NCBI GenBank assembly: GCA_951406725.2
Contig: OX597819.1
Span: 118,048,001-118,112,000, forward strand
Reading direction: 5' to 3'
DNA: 64,000 nt
From: Octopus vulgaris
Lineage: Eukaryota
The translations under genes and the position numbers were made by a program. Under the pieces are notes generated by a model that did not search any database, was not told the DNA's origin, and saw only the letters and a list, made by a program, of their open reading frames with translations. This document shows positions 1 to 14,254 of this stretch, in pieces. The stretch's first letter is position 1; each line of letters opens with the position of its first letter.

Positions 1-599
1 ACAATGTACTTGCTTAGTATAATGTATTAAAGGAAGTAATATTTCTACTTGCGATGTACCCGGTATTATGCAATAGCCATGATAGTGATACTTAACCTCC
101 AGTAGCTGACGGCACACCCTAGAAATTTAATTTCCATTTGCTCCTTACACCCACACATAGATGATTATACCATCCAATATTGATATTATCACCACCCGTT
201 TAGTATTCATTAGTTAATCATTAGACTACTCCCTATCGCTAATCTTCCTTGATTCTGATCTGCTTTCCCTTCTAATCTAAGGTGTAGTTCATTATACAAC
301 GCCATCCGGCATTAAATTTTCAAACACCTTATTGATAGGTAGCGCCTTACTATAATATTAATTCCATAAAGTTTGATCTTATTATTTGATGGACTTCGTA
401 CTCTCCCTCCCCTACATTCAACCAATATCCACCGAATACCCCTAAATATCTGTGTTTTTATACCACACTTCCCTGGTCATTTACCATTAGCAAGAGATTA
501 TTATACCCCGACCCTATACCTGATCGGCTCGTATGCTTTTCTTATTTTTATACATAATTTTATTTCTATTTTTTCATTCACCCTTGCATTTGATGTTTT

Positions 600-1115
600 T
601 TTGTCTTCTTTTTCCCCTTATCCGCAATTATGACCCCGTTTAACTACCACAACTCATAGCCTACTGTAATAAATTCTCTCCTACAACCCTTTCCAGTCTA
701 CCCATGATTTCGTCTAGCAAACTCTTTTTCACCCGAATCACTGTTCTTAGATATCAAATTACACAATTTCAAGGACTACATTCTTAAACTAAACGTCCTA
801 ATCCGTCATTCTCCCATTTCCTAGTTGGCCCCAGCAGACACATCCCTGCTATGTTCTTGGATATTCTTTTGTTTTATAAAATTACTTCTCATCTCATGAT
901 TACGGTCTTTTATAATGATGTAATGTTCTCATTCTATTAAAAAGTTACGTAAAAAACAGCTGTAACGAGCTGATAATTATTCATCTCATTCATTTGGTCA
1001 TAATACACTAAGGGAATTTACCATTTGTCAAACAGCTTGGCATACACCAACAACGTACTACTCAAAGTAACGCGTAATTTGGAACAGCCCCTTACGTGCT
1101 AAATACTCATAGAGC
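600..1115 (+). pseudogene. Possible highly decayed tyrosine-recombinase (DIRS/Ngaro-type) fragment
   Basis: Scattered motifs in correct order but in different frames: HS*TK (~779-793, cf. SKT), DTSLLC (cf. LCPV), DNYSSHSFG (~972-998, cf. YSxHSFRIG), WNS (~1080, cf. GRWxS). Many stops; pattern recognition only. Confidence 0.25.
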
Positions 1116-1311
1116 TAGTTTTCTCTGAGTACACAACCGAAATATCCAAATACACTATCTGATATTTCGTCTCGCACCATTCACAGACATTACCCGACCC
1201 TACCTGGTGCGTACATTTTCAAGTAGCTGAATCTCTCGGAATCTTCATCTTTATATATATATATAGAGAGAGAGAGATAGAGAGCTTGGGAAAATCCTTG
1301 ATACAGTCATA

Positions 1312-1552
1312 ATATTTAGAGAGGAGAGTTTTTTTCTCAAAGAGTTAAGATTGAGAATCGAAAGGCACTAACATTTGGGAAAAGATTTCACAAAATGTAT
1401 GTGACGTTTGCTTTTGTGGATGAGCACGTCTATAAAAGTGAAAGGCACACATATTTGGTGAAATCTCTTCCCAGAGGTTAGAGCCTTTCGACTTTCTACA
1501 AAGGTTCTTTTCTCAATTTTAAGTCTTTTAGAAAAAATCTTCTCTCCAAATA
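1312..1552. repeat. Diverged fold-back (inverted repeat) element next to (TA)n/(GA)n
   Basis: Left arm atatttagagaggagag...tcgaaaggcactaacatttgggaaaagatttcac pairs with right arm gtgaaatctcttcccagaggttagagcctttcga...cttctctccaaatat. Confidence 0.7.
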
Positions 1553-1569
1553 TATGTGCGTATATGTAA

Positions 1570-1607
<38 letters not shown>

Positions 1608-1613
<6 letters not shown>

Positions 1614-1908
1614 ATCACGTGACCGACCAGACCATCAGATGTTGTTACACATCGCTGGTCACAATGCGTTCGCATTGTTTTAGCCTTCGAATGACGCCAC
1701 CCCGCTGGCTATGCGAGCAGGCCAACAGAAGAAAGAGTGGGAGAAAGAGTGGTGAAAGAGTACAGCAGGGATCACCACCCACTGCCGGAGCATCGTAGAG
1801 CTTTTAGGTGTTTTCGCTCAATAAACACTCACAACACCCGGTCTGGGAATCGAAACCGCGATTCTGCGACCGCAGGTCCGATGCCCTAACCACTAGGCCA
1901 TTGCGCCT

Positions 1909-1911
<3 letters not shown>
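1608..1911 (-). mobile_element. tRNA-derived SINE (family C) between two (TA)n tracts
   Basis: Minus strand starts tggaggcgcaaTGGCCTAGTGGttagggc (A box) ... GGTTTCGATTCC (B box); body shared with the copy at 20972. Confidence 0.85.
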
Positions 1912-2001
<90 letters not shown>

Positions 2002-2587
2002 TGTATGTATGTACACACACACACACACACATACAAAATATGTCTGTATGCATATATGTATACAGAGAGAGATAGGTTCATGTAATATGTGAGCTGCCCT
2101 GCTTATGTATCTTCTGAGATTATCTTTCCATTGTTTTTTTTTTCTATACTACTCATAGCAAGTGACAACTAAAACCGTACTCGTCTCTCCAAAGTTCGTG
2201 CATAGAACCTACAGCGATATTATTCAGCGACACGGGAATTCGTGATAATCTGCTTCGAATGTTCTGTATGGCAGTTAATAGGAAGCCATACACCAGGTGT
2301 ATTCTTAATTTTCCGCACACTATATCAAATGATACAATGGAAACAATATCTATTCAGAAACACTCTTAAGTCATTCAAATATTTCCCAACTCCGTATGTG
2401 CATTCGTCAAACGCATTCAAAAGCTTTTCGATGAAGCATAGATTGGAATTGTTCTGTTTAGATACGATTCGCTCGGAATTATTTTTTTGTGACCAGGTTA
2501 ACAAGACGCATTTTAAATTATCTTCACAAGCAATGGCTATTTACCACACAATATCTCTGTTCCTTAACGAGTTTAAATCACTATGTA

Positions 2588-2773
2588 TGGCCGCAGAATT
2601 GGCTATGTGGTAAATAGCTTGCTCCCCAGCCACATATTCCCGAGTTTAGTTCCACTACGTGGCACTTTAGGCCACGTAGTGGAACTAAACTAAAGTGTTT
2701 TTTTGTTGCCATAGCCTCGGGCCGACCAAAGCCTTATTAGTGGATTTGGTAGACGGAAAATGAAAGAACTCTG

Positions 2774-2810
<37 letters not shown>

Positions 2811-3040
2811 CCCCCACACATATATACGTATCTATGAATGTATGTATGCGTATATTATGTATGTCTGTTTGTCCCTTCTACCACCATTGCTTGAAAACCG
2901 TGCGTTTACGCCTCCGTAGCTGTTCGGCAATCGAGACCGATAGAAGTACCAGGCTTACAAATAACCTGGGATCTATTTGTCCAACTAAAGGCGGTGCTGC
3001 AGCATGGCCGTAGACAAATGACTGAAACAAGTAAAAGAAT
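2588..3040 (+). mobile_element. tRNA-derived SINE (family A, internal TA/TG microsatellite)
   Basis: Matches the copies at 9202, 23725 and 48780 (gcctcgggccgaccaaagcc...ggcggtgctgcagcatggcc...tgactgaaacaagtaaaag). Confidence 0.85.
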
Positions 3041-3166
3041 ACATGTAATATTATTACCAGTCCATATATGCCTGTGGCAAGTTTTAACTCTATTTTGTTA
3101 CGGAGAAAATTTCTGGCTGCAGATAAATAGACAAACATAAATCAGTAGTTTACACTGTAGACAAAA

Positions 3167-3402
3167 CCTATTTCTTTACTGCCCACAAGGGGCTACAGAC
3201 AGAGGGGACAAACAAGGACAAGCAAACGATTACGAGTCGATTACATCGACCCCAGTGCGTAACTGGTACTTATTTAATCGACCCCGAAAGGATGAAAGGC
3301 AAAGTCGACATCGGCGGAATTTGAACTCATAACGTAAGAGCAGACGAAATACGGCTAAGCATTTCGCCCGGCGTGCTAACGATTCTGCCAGCTCACCTCC
3401 TT
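3167..3402 (-). mobile_element. SINE family B
   Basis: Reverse complement of the aaggcggcgagctggcagaa...gagttcaaattccgccgaggtcgactttgcc...gtaaagaaatagg family seen at 6665, 21696 and 61142. Confidence 0.85.
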
Positions 3403-3702
3403 ATACTATTTCTCTGACGCTATTTCTGTCACCCAAAGGTGACTGATTAGCACAATGCAGCGTCTCAGCTTAACCAAATTGCGGAGTGGAACCTTTAAGC
3501 TATGTGGCACTACGAACTGATTTAGGTGTATTTTTACCATATGTCTACAACGAGAAATATTCCCCATGACAAAACACAGTGAATACTTTCTTTACGAGTT
3601 CGAACGTGCTACAAGTATATTTGAAATGTAATAACAATGCAATTCTACACATCACTGTGTAGCACCTCCACTCAGTATTTAATAACTATATATTTTATAT
3701 TT

Positions 3703-4040
3703 TAATTGTTCCATTCATCAGATCGTGACCATGCTTCGGAACCGCCTTGAAGAATATTTAGTCGAATCAAACGACACCAGTACTTATTTTTCTTTGCTAA
3801 GTTTGGGACTTACTCTACGGGGACTACAGCAACGTAATCACACCAACACCGTTTTTCAAGCGGTGTGTGTGTATATGTGGTCGTGAACGCAAACAAGGGG
3901 TTTCTCCCAATTTTCGTCCACGAAATTCACTCACAAGCCTTTGACATGCCAAATGCTATAGTAGACAACACTTTCCCACGGTGTCACACAGCATGACTGA
4001 ACCTGGAACTATGTGGTTTAGAAGCATGGTTCTTAACGCA
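3703..4040 (-). mobile_element. Diverged SINE family A copy
   Basis: gaccatgc..accgcc, caccaacaccg, aaattcactcacaag and gactgaacctggaactatgtgg match the family A reverse complement. Confidence 0.65.
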
Positions 4041-4768
4041 GCAAAAATATTTTCCCTATCTCTTCACAAAAAATATATTATTAACGTCTACTCTAATTTT
4101 TTTCATAAAACATCGAGATTCTCACATATATATGTTTCCATATCTGTATTCTATTTCTTACTAGATTTCATTCCTCATATTAAATATAATAACCAAACAA
4201 TACCAATATTCTTGTCATTTGAGTTGCACATTTGCTATAGGAAGCACTCTGTGACATTTATTCACTTAATCGTATTCTATATGACAATAAATATCTCTCA
4301 TCAATCTTAAGACATTTTTCCATAACAGACCCAACCCATCCATAACTATCCTCGTCCTCTCTGTTGAATTATTCGGGTTATTGTGCAATCGTAATCATCA
4401 ATATACTGTACATTTCAAGGCATTTCAAGGCAGTTACCAGTTCGAAATATTTACGTCATTGCTTGCTGTTCATGGAATATATTATATTAAGCGTATTTAA
4501 ACCATACGGGACACATACGCAAGTAAAAGAAACTACAGTTACAGGATTGTTACCATTTTGCAATCAAACCACAAACCCCACCAGTAACCTAAGCTGTTGA
4601 CGTGCAAGAATACAGTAGCGCTCGCGGAGAACGTGCCCTGTAAATAAAATACGTTCAACAATGTGTGTTCATAATCGGACCGGTATACATATATGCCTGC
4701 TTCTGTACTACACACAGACACAGACATAAACAAACACACACACACATACACACACACACAAATGTGTT

Positions 4769-4814
<46 letters not shown>

Positions 4815-4818
4815 AGTA

Positions 4819-4855
<37 letters not shown>

Positions 4856-4935
4856 TATATATGTAGCAATGAATCTATGCATCTATCCACCCATCTATCT
4901 ATATATCTGTCTACCTATCTATCTGTCTATCTATA

Positions 4936-4985
<50 letters not shown>

Positions 4986-4994
4986 GCTAGCTAA

Positions 4995-5084
<90 letters not shown>

Positions 5085-6664
5085 GTTATGCGTACACATG
5101 ATGGCCACTAAACGGAGTTAGGCACTGAAAAAGAATGCCATAAAACTTTGTTCACATTAAGTTTGCAGTGATATCTGAATGAGTTGAAAGAATTTTAAAC
5201 ATCAGGCTATTGAAGCAGCAACGAGTCTACCGATCTTCTAGATAATACACAGAGTATCAGGTATGATATCCGCACTCCTATGAAAATTAGAATTATTTTT
5301 TGTAATAATTATATAAATTTCTACCACAGACAATCGGTATTTAAAGTATGGTTAGTACTGAAACCTTCTAAGGTCGTTGGATAGCGTAGTTATTGCATAA
5401 AATTTCCATCAAGTAACACTGGTTTTCCTTTGAAATATTAGCACAAAATTTTCTATTAAGTGTTATTAAATGAACAATTCGGTGTGAGAATAGACAGAAT
5501 AGACTTCACTCTATGGCGGTTAATCACAGGTATGTTGGTCTCAGATCTGATGTTATACTGACAACAATAAAAAACAATAAAAATTGATGTGATAGTAGAA
5601 AAAAAAAAGTGGTATTGTGAGAACCTCTTAATTGTTTAAGGTACCCATTTTCCCCAAACCACTTTGAATACATTTTTTTTTAGAGCAAGATGAATGTCCG
5701 TTCAGTAGTTTGCATCAAAATGTTTGATATATTTTATTACAGCAGCTTACAATGAACAAACACATAAATAAAAGCAGTCAATGTTTTATATCATTTACAG
5801 AAGTTCATTGCAGGAAATTCTGATTTAATACGTTATATATTTTTTCTTTATCATTGTTTTCGTGTCGACTGAAGTATTAAAACATTAATCAAACCTATTT
5901 TGTTTGTTGAATTTTATTCGTTTTTCTGCAGTGTTTAAATGTTTATTTGTTTTTCATTTATTTGCTGACAAAAAAAAAAAAAAATTATATATTTCAATAT
6001 TGATTATTTATTTCTTTTTCTTGCTGAACTTTGTTGTAATGCTTTATTTCTTTTATATAATTCTATTTTATTTTACTTTATATTTATTTATTTATTTTAC
6101 TTCCCGATGGTATCTTGAGACATTTGACACATTTCTCGAGCAATGAATTATTGTGGCAGAAAAAGAAAATAATAAAATATATTTTTCTTTTTATTCTTTT
6201 CATTCAACTTAGGAGATAATAACTTTTGTTGAATAACTGCCATGAGGGAATTAATAGATAGTATTTTTTTTTCTCAAAAATGAAGCAGAAACAAATTGAA
6301 ATACCTTCTAATAACTGACGTGTTAGTGGCTATCATAAGAATGATTGTATTTATTACTTACGTTCGCTTATGATATAAATATAATATTAATTTCTTACTT
6401 TGGCTCCTGGAGCGACTTCTAGGTCTAAAATAAATCTCAATATATTAGTGATAATTTATTTTACTGAGAGACGAGAAATGAATCAGGAATAAGAATTCAG
6501 CAATAAAAAGGACATTTCTAAATGTGGTAACATGTTTGTACCAAATATCTACGCATTCTGCAATTCTGCAGTCTAAGAGAAGATAATAGATAAGAGACAA
6601 GTGTGTTTATCACCGACAGCAAATTGCGATATTGATAATGTATATACTTATATAGATGCAGAGA

Positions 6665-6879
6665 AAGGCAGCGAGCTGACAGAAACGTTAGCGCGCCGGG
6701 CGAAATGCTTATTCGTATTACGTCTGCCGTTACGTTCTGAGTTCAAATTCCGCAGAGGTTGACTTTGCCTTTCATCCTTTCGAGGTCGATAGATAAAGTA
6801 CCGGTTACGCACTGTGGTCGATGTAATTTACTTAATTCCTTTGTCTGTCCTATATTTAGCGCCTTATGAGCAATAAGGA
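6665..6879 (+). mobile_element. SINE family B
   Basis: aaggcagcgagctgacagaaacgttagcgcgccgggcgaaatgc...gagttcaaattcc...gcactgtggtcgatgtaat. Confidence 0.85.
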
Positions 6880-7269
6880 TATACATACTTATATGCATAC
6901 GGAGAGAGTTAGAGAGAGAGAGAAAAAAAAATTGAGAGAGAAAGAGAAAGGGAGAAGCATATCTATAAATATTCAGAGAGAGGGAGACAGAGGGAGCGAG
7001 GGACAGTGAGACAAACTTAGCGAGATATTCGGAGTGACAAGAAGCATTCCGCATTCTCTTTTTCTGTTACCACACCTCGCATGACAACTTTACGCAGATC
7101 GACATGGCTATCAAACCGGATTGCGTAACTTTTAGCAATACCAAAAATGCCTCAAGCCTAGCTGCGAGTAATTAGTTCAGTTCTCAATAAACCATATTAT
7201 TGGTTGCTTTGTTGATTTTCTTTTTGTTGTTCTTATTATTGATTTGATTCAGGTTCGTGCTTGCTCTTG

Positions 7270-7790
7270 GTAGAATGTATTTGGGTAGAAGGCGGCGAGG
7301 TGGTCTAGGTGACTCAGTCGTATGGTCCCACAAGTTCTTATAATTCTCATTTACTATCACAGCGACTAGTTCGTGTTCTTATCTCATTTTGATGTTTTGA
7401 ACACAATGACTTGGCTATTATCCCAATGAGTTCTTTTGCCCACAGAGACATATCTACGCTTATACTCCTTTTGCGCTAGTGTACTGCATGCATTCAAGGA
7501 GTGACTGATACTTCCCTCTGCTTCCCTGCAGATTCTGCATTTTCTATCTGACTAGGTTTTGTCGACCTTCGCCTTGATGAGATTTCTTCTAAGCGTTTGT
7601 TTCTTTGCGACTCAAATCATATTTCCATTTCAAGTTAACGCTCGTCAATAAATGCTAGTGATCTTTGCTGCCAACATGCTCAGGTGACTACATAATTTAG
7701 TCATATAGTTCCATCTGCTTCCATCTGTTTACTGTATTTTTCTCTCGTCTTTGAATTTTCCTACGGCTTCAGTCACATTTTGCGTATTTG
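7270..7790 (-). pseudogene. R4/Dong-type (REL endonuclease) non-LTR retrotransposon fragment, CCHC region
   Basis: Minus strand reads NLIKAKVDKT*SDRKCRICREAEGSISHSLNACSTLAQKEYKRRYVSVGKRTHWD, matching the CxxC...HxxxxC...EYKRRH motif of REL-type LINEs. Confidence 0.75.
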
Positions 7791-7792
7791 TG

Positions 7793-8030
7793 ACTCTTTT
7801 TTACTTGTTTCAATCATTTAAATGTAGCCATGCTGGAGCACCGCCTATAGTCGATCAAATCGACCACAGGATTTATTTTTTGTAAGCCTAGTTCTTAATC
7901 TATCGGTGTCTTTTGCCGAACCGCTAGCTAATGGGGAGGTAAACACACCAGCATCGGTTGTCAAGCGGTGTTGGGGGGACAAAAACGGACACACAAACAT
8001 ATACGCACACATACATACATATACACACAC

Positions 8031-8081
<51 letters not shown>

Positions 8082-8226
8082 CATATATATATATAAATAT
8101 ATATATACGACGGGCTTCTTTCAGTTCTCGTCTAACAATTCCACTCACAAGGCTTTCGTCGGCCCGAAGCTATAGTAGAAGACACTTGCCCAAGGTGCCA
8201 CGCAGTTGGACTGAACCCGGAACCGT
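7793..8226 (-). mobile_element. SINE family A (5'-truncated)
   Basis: gccatgctggagcaccgcc...acaccagcatcggttgtcaagc...(TA)n...gaagacacttgcccaaggtgccacgcag. Confidence 0.85.
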
Positions 8227-8322
8227 GTCGTTCACTTACCTACCCCAAATTGCATTCCGATGACTTTACGGAATATTCTCAGTTTGGATCAGGGAATCTA
8301 CGTCTGTATCTCCTTCTCCTCC

Positions 8323-8355
<33 letters not shown>

Positions 8356-9201
8356 CATCATCATCCTCATCCTCATCATCATCATCATCATCATCGTTAT
8401 CATCATCGCTTCCATCCCCATGATTACGTGAAATGTGCGATATATCAGTTGGGACCCTGCGCTTCGGTTTGGCTGTCATATGCCTTTAAGAATCCTGTCA
8501 TTTCAACGATGTTTCAACAGATACAGCACAAGTATGATTCCGGGTGGCAAATATGAATCCGTGTGTTTATATATATGCCCCAGCATGGCCACAGCTCATG
8601 AGCTGAAACTGGAAAAGTCAAAATAAAAAAAATACTTACATATAGATATGACCATGCGTGATGGGGAGCACGTGTCGAAATATTTCCTTCCTGGCTTTCT
8701 CTCTGTTCTTGATGACCGGTCGGTATATGGTTTATTATCATTGCTCATTTGTTATTGTTGGGGGCGGCGGCGAGGGAGATAGACACACACACAAACACAC
8801 ACATGTAAGCCTTGATAATATTGTAACCAAGGCAATGAGGCCTGTGTCATCAACCAGCTATCCTCCGAATCCTCTGAGTTACACCCTACTGAACTGGCCT
8901 ATAAGTAATGTATGTTTGTGTGACTGAGTGCGCGCGTGAGTGTGAGGGCGTATGTGTGTCCGTGTGGGTGTGAATTCGTGTTTACGTACGAGAGTGTGCG
9001 TGTCGGTATATATATATGTATGTGTGTGTGTGTGTGTGTGTGTGATATTGACGTTAGATTGTATTTATAGTAATTGAAGTCAGAAGTACCTAATGACCGT
9101 AGAAAACATCATTACTGGTTATTACAGGTGCAACACAGGATGCTTGTATGGGAAAAAGAATATATGTGTGTATGTGTGCATTTGTGTATGTATTTGTGTA
9201 T

Positions 9202-9364
9202 AGGCGCAGGAGTGGCTGTGTGGTAAGTAGCTTGCTAACAAACCACATGGTTCCCGGTTCAGTCCCACTGCGTGGCATCTTGGGCAAGTGTCTTCTGCTA
9301 TAGCCTCGGGCCGACCAAAGCCTTGTGAGTGGATTTGGTAGACGGAAACTGAAAGAAGCCTGTC

Positions 9365-9408
<44 letters not shown>

Positions 9409-9634
9409 TTGTTTGTGTGTCTGTGTTTGTCCCCCTAGCATTGCTTGACAACCGATGCTGGTGTGTTTACGTCCCCGTCACTTAGCGGTTCGGCAAAAAG
9501 AGACGGATAGAATAAGTACTGGGCTTACAAAAAAAGAATAAGTCCCGGGATCGAGTTGCTCGACTAAAGGCGGTGCTCCAGCATGGCCGCAGTCAAATGA
9601 CTGAAACAAGTAAAAGAGTAAAAGAGTAAAGAGT
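9202..9634 (+). mobile_element. Full-length SINE family A
   Basis: aggcgcaggagtggctgtgtggtaag (A box) ... ggttcagtccc (B box), internal (TA)n(TG)n, tail ggcggtgctccagcatggccgcagtcaaatgactgaaac followed by (agtaaaag)n. Confidence 0.9.
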
Positions 9635-9811
9635 ATTTATATATATATATATATGTGTGTGTAATACACATACATGTGCGATTGTGTGTGTATGTATTCA
9701 TATATGTATACATGTGTTTATGTATGTATATATAAATACGTGTGCTTCATAAACACATATGCATAGAAATATACATACATGTATTTCTATGTGTGTGGGA
9801 CGAGGTGTATG

Positions 9812-9934
<123 letters not shown>

Positions 9935-10356
9935 GATATAGATATATATATATAAATATGTATTACAATACATGCACATACACACGCATACATATATTTA
10001 TATATATAGTAATATTCGATTGTGGCCAAACACCCTGAATAATTCTAGTCAAAAAAATCGCCAAAAGAACTTACATTTCAAACCTAGTACACTTCCTGTC
10101 ATTTGTCTTTAGTCGGACCGTTATGTCAAGATACCAAAACTGGTTCTCACCATTAGTGGACGATGAACTCAGACCCAAAATACAAACGCATACACAAGCA
10201 CACGCGCGCAAACAAACACTACTAGAGGCACATACAGACAATTACATATATATATGTATATGCACACTCATTCATACATATGTGTGTATATATACTTATA
10301 TAAATATATATAAATATAATATACATATCTATCTATCTATTTATCCCTCTCTCTCT

Positions 10357-10401
<45 letters not shown>

Positions 10402-10603
10402 AATGTAATTTGTTTCTGTACTTATGTTTGGAAGTCGGTAGAAAAATAGTTGAGGCAGGAGATATCTTGGAATTCTTGTGTTTCTCTGTTCGGCAATCTG
10501 AGTTGGAACAAGTAATATTTTTCCAAGGAAGCTGTGGGAGTTCAAGTCACAAAGATTCGAATCAATCTCTTTTAAATAACAAAAATCGACAACAATAAAA
10601 TTA

Positions 10604-10662
<59 letters not shown>

Positions 10663-10704
10663 TGTAGACATATAGATAATCATAATACGTGTTAAGATAT
10701 TTTC

Positions 10705-10833
10705 TTTTCTACTATAGGCACGACCCCGAAATTTTTGGTGCGGGGTTCAGTCGATTGAATCTACCTCAGTACGTAACTGGTGCTTAATTTATCGACCTCG
10801 AAAGGATTAAAGGCAAAGTCGACCACGGCGGAA
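10705..10833 (-). mobile_element. Partial SINE family B-related repeat
   Basis: cagtacgtaactggtgcttaatttatcgacctcgaaaggattaaaggcaaagtcgacc matches the family B core. Confidence 0.7.
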
Positions 10834-12145
10834 TAGTGTTAAGATACTTTTATATTGACTGCCTTTAAATGTTGGTGTTGTTCACAGAATATTCCGTAAA
10901 CTTAAATTTCGCAACTTGACACTTTGATTCTTTCAAAGAAATTTATTTTCGCTATTATATTTCAAACTAACATTTTCAAAAATATTTAATAACCGAACAA
11001 CTTGATACCTTGTAAAAGTAGGGCAATATTTTGAAGGCAATGGTATTACAAGCAATGTTTCTCTTCGAAAAGCAAGTAAGAAAATTACTGAAAATAATCT
11101 TTAAAAGAATCCTATTCATTCTATAATTCCTATTTCATAAAAAAATCCTGAGTAGATTAAATATAGCTTGACTTTTGAAAACTTTTAGAATTTCAATGTA
11201 ATACTTATCAGTAAAAACATTTCCACATACAAGAATCAACAGGCATTTATATGAACATTGGATTAATGGCAAAAACGCTTTTCATGAGGTTGAAAGTTCA
11301 AATAGACATCTGTTTCCGGCTAATATTAGTTTTATAAACACTGAAAATACGTTCCTCGCTCTAACCTCCTGACAACAATAAGTTATATCATTAAGATAGC
11401 TTGTACTATACGTATCAGCGCTTTGTCATCCATCTCCCGTTTTAATGTTGTGTGATATAAAGCGCATCTGCAACCATTCAAAACATCCTGTACCAGAGTA
11501 AACGTCTTTTACTTTAAGATTTCCTTTAGATGACAAAGTTTTAGCGGCATATTATATTATGTCTGATTGCCAAGCAGGACCTTACGAAAGCAATACATTT
11601 ATATTTGAGTAAATGTTCTGTTTTGATGCTTACTACTCCCACTTGTCTTTCAAAGATTTAATGGAATATTGAACACATTACCTCTACATTGAAAATAAAA
11701 GAATGAATCCGTTATACTTCTGTTTGGCACTACGATGACATCATTTCACTCATCGAGAATATAAGTACGGTATTACAGCACACAGAATTTTACTGAATTT
11801 TAGTAGAGTCTATCTATAACAGTCTCAGTGAATCTAAATGCAAACAGTAAATTAGTATCTGCGGAAACTAGTACTATAATATAATTGCCAACATTTCTTG
11901 TAGTGTGACTACTTAAGAATACGGAAATTAGAAATTGAAACGTTTATGGAAATAAGGTCCAAAATCGTGACCCTATATTGTAGGAAGACTGGTAAATGTT
12001 ATGAAAATGAAAACAACGTTGATTCCATTATTGCTCGGATAATCAAGATGGAATAGAGACAGGTTTGTTAGCAGGAAGAAAAGATAAAATGTAAAACTAC
12101 AGGAAAGGATGATATGGGCAAGATATCTATCTATCTTTCTATCTT

Positions 12146-12220
<75 letters not shown>

Positions 12221-12375
12221 GTCTGTCTGTATGTCTGTCTGTCTGTCTTTCTGTCTGTCTGTCTGTGTGTCTATTTACCTACCTACCTTCCTACCTAGTT
12301 ATCTAGGTATTTATCTCTCTGTCTCTGTTTGTCACCGTTTGTCTGTCTGTCCCTTTCTCTCTCACTCTCTCTATT

Positions 12376-12432
<57 letters not shown>

Positions 12433-12448
12433 ATATATATATATATAC

Positions 12449-12500
<52 letters not shown>

Positions 12501-12806
12501 ATTTGTCGTTTTAGATTTCTGTGTCTGCAGCCGAGTATACGTTTGTGTGTATGTGTGAGAATGTGTCGGTGCAGAAATTACAGCGTAGATAATAACAGGT
12601 TCAGACGACTGACTTCGATGCAGACATCAAACAAGTAGGTTATAATGCTGTATAACCGAGAACAACCCATAAATGTCTGGAGGAAAATACCAATCTAATA
12701 ATTTAGTATTATAGATAAAATATTGCAAATATAAAGAGCAAGTGGCCTTATCTATAACGAAGTATTCTTTGAATATATATATATAATATATATATATATA
12801 TATAAA

Positions 12807-12839
<33 letters not shown>

Positions 12840-12884
12840 ATATATTTATATATATATATACATATATATATATACATATATATA

Positions 12885-12949
<65 letters not shown>

Positions 12950-13000
12950 GTATATATATGTATATATATAAATATATATGTATATATATAACTATATATA

Positions 13001-13065
<65 letters not shown>

Positions 13066-13066
<1 letters not shown>

Positions 13067-13400
13067 GTTGAATCATAAGAAGGGTTTCAGACAGAGAATA
13101 CTTCACGCAATATGCGTGTAGTTCCAAGTAATGCCGACTTTTGCAATAAATCTATTTTGTCGGGTATCTCTAAGGCTTACAAATGTATTTTTTGATATTG
13201 GGTGGTATTAAACCCAATGCTCCGATGACAGTAGGAATAACCATTATGGTCGACTTTCATAGCTGCCACATCTTAGCGATCTCGATTCTCAGGCCTTCAT
13301 ATTATCAACGTTTTCACTTTCTTTCATGATGATATGTTGATCTCCTGGCCCCGTGCTGTCAAAAGTGACGGTTAATTGTAGTGTTTTATATATAAATAAG
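13066..13400 (-). pseudogene. R4/Dong-type LINE 3' end (REL endonuclease C-terminus) abutting (TAA)n
   Basis: Minus strand: PGDQHIIMKESE...YEGLRIEIAKMWQL...VIPTVIGALGLIP...[21 protein letters not shown], then directly the (TAA)n tract at ~13003-13065. Confidence 0.8.
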
Positions 13401-13489
13401 GTAAAAAAACATAATTGGCATAGTAATCAGGGATACACACATTCACGTGCTTCCCTTGTACACCTACACACCTACGAACATGTACGCTG

Positions 13490-13617
13490 TTTGATTATTC
13501 TTTTCAGCGTTGAATGTTCACCATCCCACATCAACTGCACACACATAACTACAAACGCACAAATACACACACACACATATATACACACAAACACAAACTC
13601 ACACACACACACACATG

Positions 13618-13648
<31 letters not shown>

Positions 13649-13797
13649 ACACACAAACAAACAAACATTCACATAACTCCTTTTTATATACCAACACATT
13701 TACTCACGCACTGTTGAAACGCTGTTAGATTTTTCATTTCAGCGTTGAATATTCACCATCCTAATTCCATTGCACACAAACACACGCACACATTCAC

Positions 13798-13850
<53 letters not shown>

Positions 13851-13925
13851 ACACTCTTTTATAAACAAACATATACTCACGCAGAGTTGAAATGTTTTTT
13901 CACCATAGAATTCCATCATTCTACT
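13490..13925 (+). repeat. Degenerate ~200-230 bp tandem duplication containing (CA)n
   Basis: tttcagcgttgaat(g/a)ttcaccatcc...tgcacac at ~13502 and ~13737; act(c)ctttttata...tactcacgca.(t/a)gttgaaa recurs at ~13676 and ~13853. Confidence 0.65.
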
Positions 13926-14218
13926 ACCAAGTTTGACATCACCCCTTCCTTTCTCGTTCATATGTTGTGACAGAGAAAAACAGAAGTAACACGACGCGCT
14001 CTTTGCTACTTTCTCTCCGCATTGCTATTACTTTCTCTCACTCCTTCTCAGTCAAGGCTATTACTCTCACTATTTGGCTTTCACCGAATTACTATTTTCG
14101 TTACTCTCCCATCATTTATACTGCTCTTTCTCATACTCCTTCCTGCGTGATTTCGGATAAATATATATATAGACAAATATATAAAACAAAACCTACGCTC
14201 ATAATTAAATTAGGAGAC

Positions 14219-14254
<36 letters not shown>

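Noticed and set aside
1835-1911. tRNA gene (also 20972-21045)
   Set aside because: A and B boxes are present but the cloverleaf is imperfect and the sequence continues into a repeated SINE body.
10860-11900. Possible hAT transposase fossil (VILLFGTT...KY near 11711-11770)
   Set aside because: Only one weak motif, with no ORF or TIR.
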